In this document: positions 26,833 to 33,331 of the stretch, piece by piece
Layout: the number at the start of each line of letters is the position of its first letter
Position numbering within the stretch: the stretch's first letter is position 1
Assembly: GCA_965372715.1 (NCBI GenBank)
Contig: CBDVDH010000005.1
Coordinates: 62,001 to 95,331, forward strand
Source: an uncultured bacterium
GTDB lineage: Bacteria; B130-G9
Length of the DNA: 33,331 nucleotides
Direction: 5' to 3'
Translations under genes and position numbers: made by a program
Notes under the pieces: generated by a model
Database searches by the model: none
The model's input: only the letters and a program-made list of their open reading frames with translations
What the model was told of the DNA's origin: nothing

Positions 26833-26885
26833 GGTGGTGTCAAGCCACCACCAGTGAAAGCGGCGTCAAGCCGCCGCACTCCAAA
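26833..26885. repeat. GGAG-type REP-like palindrome plus a degenerate tandem copy
   Basis: The reverse complement of 26857-26885 is TTTGGAGTGCGGCGGCTTGACGCCGCTTT. It is preceded by the related ggtggtgtcaagccacc. Confidence 0.6.
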
Positions 26886-26920
26886 AGCTCGGCGCATAGC
26901 ACAGAAGCGGCGGAGGGGTT

Positions 26921-26947
26921 CGGGGACACGCCGCAGCTGTCCCCGAC
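26921..26947. repeat. 27-bp GGGGACA...TGTCCCC palindromic element (copy 1)
   Basis: cggggacacgccgcagctgtccccgac; matches the reverse complement of 27744-27770 at 23/27. Confidence 0.7.
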
Positions 26948-26965
26948 TAACATCAAATCGTATCG

Positions 26966-27736
26966 TCAGAGGCAGCGCCAGGCCATTGCGGCGGCGAGGA
27001 CCAGCCCGGCGGCGGTGTATGCCAGCGGGTCGCGCCACGTGAATGTGAGGCGCAGGATGCTGGTGCGGTTGGTTTTTTTGCCGAACGCGCGGGATTCGAG
27101 CGCCATCGATAGGATGTCGGTTGCGCGTAGGGCATGCAGGATGACGGGGACGATCAACGGGACGTGCTTGATCGCCCTTCTGATGACGTTGCCCTGGTCG
27201 ATCGTGTGGCCCCTTGCCTTTTGGGCGTCGCGGATCGTGCCGACGGTCGCGATGAATGTCGGCGCCAGGCGAAATGAGAGCATGAGCGTGAAGGCCACCA
27301 CAAACGGCAGGCCGAGCATCCTGAGAGCGGCCATGAACTCCTCGACCCTTGTGACGGTCAGAAAGACGACACCTGCCAGGACGAGCGATACTAGCCTGCA
27401 AGCCATCGCCAGCCCGCGGAACAGGCCCTGATCCGTAACGGACAGCCCCAGAAAGCAGATGATCTCTTCTCCAGTTCTGAAGAATAATGGCCAGACAAGA
27501 GTTGTTACCACCGCCATCATCAGTATGATCGGCGCCAGTGTCCGCACGGATGGCCATGCCCGGGCGAGTATCACCAAGACGAGGCAGCCCGCGAGATACG
27601 ATGCCGAGCCTCTTAGGTCCGAGACCAAAAGCGGCGCTATGAGGATGCACGAGGCGCATAAGAGCTTCGTCAGCGGGTGGAGTCTATGAAACGGCGTGAT
27701 TCGGCGGCTGTATAGCCCGTATTTCTTGCTGGACAT
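26966..27736 (-). CDS. ecfT: ECF transporter transmembrane T component
   Basis: Motifs HRLHPLTKL, RLAPTF, AQKARG and ALESRAF. Confidence 0.9.
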   Translation of the reverse strand: MSSKKYGLYSRRITPFHRLHPLTKLLCASCILIAPLLVSDLRGSASYLAGCLVLVILARAWPSVRTLAPIILMMAVVTTLVWPLFFRTGEEIICFLGLSVTDQGLFRGLAMACRLVSLVLAGVVFLTVTRVEEFMAALRMLGLPFVVAFTLMLSFRLAPTFIATVGTIRDAQKARGHTIDQGNVIRRAIKHVPLIVPVILHALRATDILSMALESRAFGKKTNRTSILRLTFTWRDPLAYTAAGLVLAAAMAWRCL

Positions 27737-27743
27737 CTATCAG

Positions 27744-27770
27744 GTCGGGGACAGTTCCGGCGTGCCCTCG
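27744..27770. repeat. 27-bp palindromic element (copy 2, inverted)
   Basis: gtcggggacagttccggcgtgccctcg. Confidence 0.65.
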
Positions 27771-27831
27771 TGCTCCTCGGTCAGCTTCATGAAACAGGCC
27801 AGAAGTCCGCTGGGCTGCCCCTTGTCAAGCC

Positions 27832-27858
27832 TAATCTGCGAAATCTGTGTAATCTGTG
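27832..27858. repeat. Three tandem 9-mers (wAATCTGyG)
   Basis: taatctgcg-aaatctgtg-taatctgtg, between the ATPase and ecfT. Confidence 0.75.
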
Positions 27859-27873
27859 GATACATCGCGACCG

Positions 27874-29613
27874 CTAACCACGCTTGTCGAAAAAACTGGC
27901 AAACTCCAAGACGCTAAGCGCCGTTATCCCGAACTGGTGCGAGAGTTCCACGATCTTCGGCGGCACGAGGCCGGCTTGGGCGAGCAACGCCCGATTCTGC
28001 GGCTCGAAGAAGGCTCGCACTGGCCCGTCATATATAACGCTACCATCCGTGAATGCGATGACGCGCCTCGCGAACTCTGGCACGAGATGCAGCGAATGAG
28101 TGATGAAGATGACCGTCTTGCCGCTGGCATTGAGCCGGGAGAGCATCGACATTACCTTTCGCTCCTGAGTGTAGTCGAGGCCTGTTGTTGGCTCGTCGAG
28201 AATCAGCACGTCAGGGTCGCACGAGAGGGTTGAGGCAATCGCAGTCCGTTGTCGCTCGCCCTTCGTGAGGCAAAAGGGGTCGCTCTTTTCCATCCCCAGA
28301 AGGTCAACCGTCTCGATCGCGCCGGCAACGAGTCGCTCGATTTCCTCATCTGAATACCCCAGGTTTCGTGGGCCGAACCTGACCTCTTCCTCAACTGTCT
28401 CGCAAAAAATCTGATTGTCAGGGTTTTGGAAAACCAAGCCAACATGCCTCGCGACCTCTGAGATTTTCATCCGCGAGACATCCTTCCCGTGAAAGAGCAC
28501 CTTGCCAGTTTTCGGCTTGAGAAGGGCGTTTAGGTGCTTGACGAACGTGGTCTTCCCCGAGCCATTCCGCCCGACAATTGCCACGGACTCACCCTCGGAG
28601 ATAGAGAGATTCACGTCTTGAACCGCCAACTGCCCCCTTTCGTAAGAGTGCGATAGGCTCTGCGCCTCGATCGTGGCCGGAGACTTGATCTGTTCACTTT
28701 CGGCCTGCACCACCTTCTCGTACCGTTGACGGTTGAGCACGAATGATTCATTGATAGCCCTGTGCGCCTCGTCAAGCTCGAACGCAATGTTCTCCAGGCC
28801 GAGTTTTTGGCAGGCAGCGGCAACTGGATGAGGGCGGACGCCCGAATCGGACAGACGGTTCGACTCAACGCATAACTCAGGCGGATAACCCCGCCACTCC
28901 AGCCGACCACCTCGCATCAACGCGATGCTATCAAAGTCGAGAACAGACTCGATTTCGTGTTCGACAAGCAGTATCGTCGCTCCTGTTTCTCTGAGTGACC
29001 TTATGATCCTGTGCACGCTGGCCTTGCCGTCCGGATCGAGATCAGTCGTCGGCTCGTCGAGCAGCAACAGGTCAGGCTTCATAGCGAGGACAGAGGCAAT
29101 TGCCAGCCGTTGCTTCTCGCCGCCTGACAGCGTCGCTGGTTCGCGATTCTCAAAGCCAGAAAGCCCCACAAGTTCAAGACACTCCGCGACGCGGGCCCGA
29201 ATCTTGTCCGGGTGAACGCCCAGGTTCTCGGGACCGAATGCAACCTCCTGCTCAACGTTGGTTGAGAAGAGCTGATTCTCAAACTCCTGGAAGACTATCC
29301 CGACGCGTCCGGCGAGCTCCGCGACGGTATGCTCCGCGGGAACAAGTCGAAAAACGCTGAGTGAGCCAGAGAGCTCTGCCCGCTGGAAGTGAGGTATTAG
29401 CCCGTTGAGGCATTTGAGAAACGTCGATTTGCCGGCCCCGGTGTGTCCGACTAGGGCGACTGCCTTACCCCTCTTTAGGTCAAGATTGAATTCCTTGACC
29501 GCGGAGGATTCCGCGCCCTGATACGTTACCGAGAGGCCGCGCGCCTCAACCACGAGTTCAGAATTGAGTTTTTCGTCGGACTCGGCCTGGCTGGGCATCG
29601 AGCCGCTGCTCAC
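27874..29613 (-). CDS. ECF transporter fused double ATPase (EcfA-A')
   Basis: Two ABC domains: GHTGAGKS/LSGGEKQR/LLDEPT and GRNGSGKT/LTKGERQR/ILDEPT. GTG 29613 overlaps the upstream stop. Confidence 0.92.
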   Translation of the reverse strand: MSSGSMPSQAESDEKLNSELVVEARGLSVTYQGAESSAVKEFNLDLKRGKAVALVGHTGAGKSTFLKCLNGLIPHFQRAELSGSLSVFRLVPAEHTVAELAGRVGIVFQEFENQLFSTNVEQEVAFGPENLGVHPDKIRARVAECLELVGLSGFENREPATLSGGEKQRLAIASVLAMKPDLLLLDEPTTDLDPDGKASVHRIIRSLRETGATILLVEHEIESVLDFDSIALMRGGRLEWRGYPPELCVESNRLSDSGVRPHPVAAACQKLGLENIAFELDEAHRAINESFVLNRQRYEKVVQAESEQIKSPATIEAQSLSHSYERGQLAVQDVNLSISEGESVAIVGRNGSGKTTFVKHLNALLKPKTGKVLFHGKDVSRMKISEVARHVGLVFQNPDNQIFCETVEEEVRFGPRNLGYSDEEIERLVAGAIETVDLLGMEKSDPFCLTKGERQRTAIASTLSCDPDVLILDEPTTGLDYTQERKVMSMLSRLNASGKTVIFITHSLHLVPEFARRVIAFTDGSVIYDGPVRAFFEPQNRALLAQAGLVPPKIVELSHQFGITALSVLEFASFFDKRG

Positions 29614-30352
29614 AGCATCAGGCATCCGGCGGCGATGGCCGCAACGAATGGCGTCAGGATGAGCTTGACGCTTTCGGAGGCGCCGGCGGCGTTCAGCAAT
29701 ATCCCGCACGCCAGGCCGCCGAAAGAGCCGGCGATAACGAGGAATGGCCCTATGACCTGCGCCAAGAGGCCGGTCTTCGGCCGGTAAGATGGAATCACCT
29801 GAGTGTAAAGAAGTCCCATTCTCTTTATGCGGGGATAGAGCATTAGGAGTAGGAATGGGTAGAACATGGCCGTAATCGAGTTGTTGATGACAATGGCGCT
29901 ACCAAGTATCGCGAATGGGACGAGAGCGAGCAGGTCAACGCCCCAGCCGATTATCGCTGCGCATGCGGCGGCCGCGGAAATGCCGACGAGCACTTTGTAA
30001 TGATACCGGGCGGCGTTTGGCTGCTTTCTAAAGAGGCCTTCCAAGAGCTTATAAGGCAGGAATCCGAGCATGAAGTTTCCGAGCATACCGAAGATGCTGC
30101 CTGGGCCAAGCATTCCGCCAAAGACGTCCCCGACCAGGTTGCCGATCGCGGCGCCCCATGCCGCAGCTGGGCCAAAGAGCAAAGAACACAAGAGTGGGAC
30201 TAGCACTGCCGGCCTCAGCTCGGTGTAGCCCGGGATGATGACGAAGCCCTTAAACGGAAGAAGCAGGCACACGTATAAGGTGCGACTACGGCGGTCAGGA
30301 CAATCATCCGGGTGTTTGTCCACATCGCGAAGAGCTCGTTACTTCTGCCCAT
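29610..30352 (-). pseudogene. ECF S component (QueT-like), frameshifted near 30280
   Basis: ATG 30352 gives MGRSNELFAMWTNTRMIVLTAVVA. A different frame continues LYVCLLLPFKGFVIIPGYTELRPA...FGPAAAWGAAIGNLVGD. One missing base joins them. Confidence 0.75.
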
Positions 30353-31583
30353 CCATCTGCCCTTTCAATTCGCTAAAAGCATATCGCTTGAACGCCTCAA
30401 CAACCTCCGCGTCGAATTCCTCGCCGGAACCGTCCTCTATCAATTTCACGGCCCTCTCAAACGGCATCGGGTCCCGATATGGTCTGTCGGAGGTTACTGC
30501 GTCAAAGACATCGGCAACGCAGATGATCCTCGAGCCAAGCGGCACCTCGAGCCATTTCAATCCGTCGGGATAGCCCTTGCCTGAGACCTTCTCATGGTGA
30601 TGCGCCGCGATATCCGGGATACTTTTCAGGCTCTTGGTAAATGGTATTCGGCGGAGTATCTCAAAGGTGCGGCGGGCATGATCCTGAATATGGCGCCGCT
30701 CGTCATCGCTGAGGCGGCCGGGCTTGCCAAGAACACTGTCACGGACGCCAATCTTGCCTATGTCGTGCAGCAGGCCGGCGAAACGAAGCTCCCTCAATTC
30801 ATCTCCCTTGATGTTCATCTCTTTAGCGATCCCAACAGATATCTCGGTGACCCTCGCGGAATGCCCAGCCGTGTAGGGGTCCTTCGCGTCGATCGCCGCC
30901 GCGAGCGATTCAAAGAATTTCTCCAGCATCTTCTCTTGCGCCTCATACAGCATGGCGTTCTCGAGCGAAACCGCCGCGAAAGACCCTAGAAGCCTAATCA
31001 ACCGCTCGTCCTCCTCGTCAAACGGCCCCTCAAACTTGTTCAGGACCTGCATGACGCCTATGACCTTGTTATGTTTGTCCCAGAGTGGAGCAGTCAACAT
31101 ACTCCTGGTCACGTAGCCCGTCTGGATGTCCACTCTCTTGTCGAAGCAAGGGTCCGAATAGGGGTTTGGTGTGTTGATGATCTTGCCGCTCTTGGCACAA
31201 GCGCCTGTAATGCCTTGGTCTATCGGCATCTCTATCTGAATTATCTCGAGCTCTGTGGCGATGATCGAGCGAAGCTTGCCGCGCTCCTGATCAACTAGGT
31301 AGATAGTGCTTCGGTCGGCACTCATGAGCTTCTTGCTCTTCTCTAGTATCAACAGGAGGAGCTTATTCAGCCGGACCTCGCCGGAGAGCATGTAACCGAT
31401 TTCTATCAACTCGGAGAGTCGCTCAACTCTCGCTTTGAGTCGCTCTCGGTCCGCGAAAGCGTCCGAAAGGTATGTCCTGATGTCGTCTGCCGTCTTGAGG
31501 TTGGCCAGATCGGACCGGAACGCCTCGGAATGCGCGCTCTCAATCAGGTCAATGAAACCCTCGACTAGAGAATCTTCTTTCAA
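30339..31583 (-). CDS. GAF + HD-GYP cyclic-dinucleotide phosphodiesterase
   Basis: GAF motifs (DRSTIYL, GYVTRSML, VLNK..GPF) and HD-GYP motifs (YTAGHSARV, LHDIGK, HHEK..GKGYPDG, ADVFDA..SDRPYR). SD aggagg before TTG. Confidence 0.92.
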   Translation of the reverse strand: MKEDSLVEGFIDLIESAHSEAFRSDLANLKTADDIRTYLSDAFADRERLKARVERLSELIEIGYMLSGEVRLNKLLLLILEKSKKLMSADRSTIYLVDQERGKLRSIIATELEIIQIEMPIDQGITGACAKSGKIINTPNPYSDPCFDKRVDIQTGYVTRSMLTAPLWDKHNKVIGVMQVLNKFEGPFDEEDERLIRLLGSFAAVSLENAMLYEAQEKMLEKFFESLAAAIDAKDPYTAGHSARVTEISVGIAKEMNIKGDELRELRFAGLLHDIGKIGVRDSVLGKPGRLSDDERRHIQDHARRTFEILRRIPFTKSLKSIPDIAAHHHEKVSGKGYPDGLKWLEVPLGSRIICVADVFDAVTSDRPYRDPMPFERAVKLIEDGSGEEFDAEVVEAFKRYAFSELKGQMDGQK

Positions 31584-31613
31584 ATCTCTCCTCCTGCTTA
31601 TGATTCAGGTGAA

Positions 31614-31643
31614 ATAGTGCCATCAATAGCCCCATGTTGTCAA
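31614..31643 (-). promoter_or_regulatory. Candidate sigma70 promoter for the HD-GYP/ECF genes
   Basis: Minus strand reads TTGACA, an 18-bp spacer ending TGG, then CACTAT, about 30 bp before the start. Confidence 0.4.
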
Positions 31644-31760
31644 CGAGCCTGGGCCGAGCCCCGCTTGGTTGCAACGCCCCGTCATATCTGTGCAGGCACG
31701 CCTGGCGCCATCGTCCGACATAGAAGCGCGATCGTTGACCGCCTTCGCCAGAAGCGCGGA

Positions 31761-33221
31761 TCAGGAGTTCCTTAGCACTCGCCTCAGGAGCCTGGCGTCC
31801 TCTCTGTCGAAGCCGCGCAAAAGAAGAACCGCGGCCAGATAGGCGACTACGCCGACGCCGATAGCGCCCAAGAGCCCGAGTTTTCCAAGCGAAAACCATA
31901 GCACAATGAGCATTATGAGTGAGGCGCCGAGCGGCCGGATTGAGGTCGTGAACATGGCCCTTGAGAACGGCCTCGTGAATGGGATGAGAAGCCCGAGAAC
32001 GGGGCCGGTAGCGTAGGCAAGTAGCGACGCGACGGCAGCGCCCATCATGCCGAATCGGCCTATTAGAAAAAGGTTCAGAATCACGTTTAGCGCGGCCGAG
32101 CTTCCTGTAAACAGCAGGTCCAGGCCTTGGCGTCCTGACGAGACCAAGAGCCTGTTGTTGATAATACCCAGGAAAACAAAGACTTCTGCGAACAGAAGGA
32201 TGACGAGTATCGGGGCCGCGGAGAGGTATTTGCCGCTTGCGGCCTCAATGGCGTTCTTCGAGAGCACAATACTCGCACAAGCCGCCGGGATGCAGATCAT
32301 GTTCATGTATTTGAATGAACGGCGGTATGCTTCCTCGAAAGACCCGTTCCGATCTTTGTAGGCGCTGCACAGCGATGGGAAAATGGATGCGATGAACGCC
32401 AATGGGATGATGCGCAGGACTTCCGCAAAACGCGTGGCGAAGTTATACGTGCCGACGAGCGCCTCCTTTCCGAGCATTCCTTGCAGCATGATCTGGTCTA
32501 TTCGGGCGTAGGTCATGATAAACAGATCGCAGATGGCAATCGGCGCCGCCTCTTTCAGTAGAGTCCGACAGGTTCGGCCGTCGATTCTGAGCGATTCCTG
32601 CCCTGTTTTTCGGTAGAGGAGGTACAGCAGAATTGCTTCCGGCACGCCGATCAGCGCGCCGGGGACACCTAACAGCAGCCCGGCGATGACGAACCAGGGA
32701 AACGGAGCGTCGATGGCGACCAGCGCGATCATGGCTCCCGCTCCGAGAAATCTGGCGACCACCGTCGCGACGCTTCGCCTATGAAGTTCAAGCCTGAAAT
32801 GCAGCACTGCGCCAAATACAGAGAAAACGGAGAGTAGGACCCCCACCGAGGCTATGCGTATCAGGGTGCAAAGCTGCGGGGAGTATTTGAGCCAATCGCC
32901 GGCAAAAAGAAGGAATAGATTCGCCAGCGCGAACGCCACGAACGCTAAGATGCCTTTGACAAGTAGAGCGGAGCCGGTTATCGAACCGATGCGGTCTGGC
33001 GTCCTTGAGAGCTCCCTTACGATGATCCTGTCCATACCGAAATTGGCGAACAGGAAGCAGAAGGAGACATAGACGAAGACCTGATTGTAGGTCCCAAATT
33101 GGTCCGTGCTGAGGTAGCCGGCCAGGTGAACGACTACTGCGTAAAAGGTTATTACCTTCCCGACAGCCTCGCTGAGAGCAACGGCGCCGAAGTTCCTTGC
33201 GGCTTTTTGGGCAGTGTCCAT
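31761..33221 (-). CDS. Wzx/MOP-superfamily polysaccharide flippase
   Basis: Many TM helices; FGTYNQVF, NFGMDRIIVRELSR, RIDQIML, VGTYNFA and NLFLI.RFGMMGAA. Confidence 0.9.
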   Translation of the reverse strand: MDTAQKAARNFGAVALSEAVGKVITFYAVVVHLAGYLSTDQFGTYNQVFVYVSFCFLFANFGMDRIIVRELSRTPDRIGSITGSALLVKGILAFVAFALANLFLLFAGDWLKYSPQLCTLIRIASVGVLLSVFSVFGAVLHFRLELHRRSVATVVARFLGAGAMIALVAIDAPFPWFVIAGLLLGVPGALIGVPEAILLYLLYRKTGQESLRIDGRTCRTLLKEAAPIAICDLFIMTYARIDQIMLQGMLGKEALVGTYNFATRFAEVLRIIPLAFIASIFPSLCSAYKDRNGSFEEAYRRSFKYMNMICIPAACASIVLSKNAIEAASGKYLSAAPILVILLFAEVFVFLGIINNRLLVSSGRQGLDLLFTGSSAALNVILNLFLIGRFGMMGAAVASLLAYATGPVLGLLIPFTRPFSRAMFTTSIRPLGASLIMLIVLWFSLGKLGLLGAIGVGVVAYLAAVLLLRGFDREDARLLRRVLRNS

Positions 33222-33293
33222 CGCTTTCAGAATAGCAGATTGCTTATGAGGCTCGCAATATAGAGGCTGTCTAATGAGTCAGCGTCGCGCGTT

Positions 33294-33318
33294 GTAGGGG
33301 CGGCTCACGAGCCGCCCT
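33294..33318. repeat. GTAG-family REP-like palindrome
   Basis: GTAGGGGCGGCTCACGAGCCGCCCT with a perfect 9-bp stem; same GTAGGGGCG...CGCCCT frame as 5688. Confidence 0.75.
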
Positions 33319-33331
33319 TCTCCAATGTCTG

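Noticed and set aside
26793-27659. 288-aa Arg/Pro-rich ORF overlapping ecfT
   Set aside because: Alternative-frame product of GC-rich sequence that runs through repeat elements.
1-33331. CRISPR array, tRNA/rRNA, integrase or transposase
   Set aside because: No repeat-spacer periodicity, RNA-gene signature or recombinase/transposase motif seen.

Overview
Bacterial window, probably from an anaerobe (inference from gene content). The core (6.6-24.7 kb, + strand) is a flavin/Fe-S redox locus. It starts with a NuoE/HydC subunit and a sensory cassette: DRTGG, RsbT-like kinase, divergent group C/D-like [FeFe]-hydrogenase homologue, DRTGG, PHP and HATPase. Next comes a NuoE-NuoF-NuoG/Fdh-like-NfnA-NfnB block. 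After a HigBA/Phd toxin-antitoxin insert there is an HndB-NuoF(HydB)-small Cys-rich Fe-S protein block that ends in a stand-alone FMN-binding glutamate-synthase-family gene. No catalytic HydA, Mo-ligand-bearing subunit or glutamine amidotransferase gene is present in the window. Left flank: RND/TolC efflux pair, a decayed chemotaxis operon (cheD, HDOD, receiver fragment) and a PMI-type cupin. Right flank: MNT-HEPN TA pair, an uncharacterised HEPN-like protein, an ECF transporter with a frameshifted S component, a GAF-HD-GYP protein and a flippase. Several families of small palindromic or tandem repeats occupy the intergenic spaces. All calls come from reading motifs by eye; no database searches were run.
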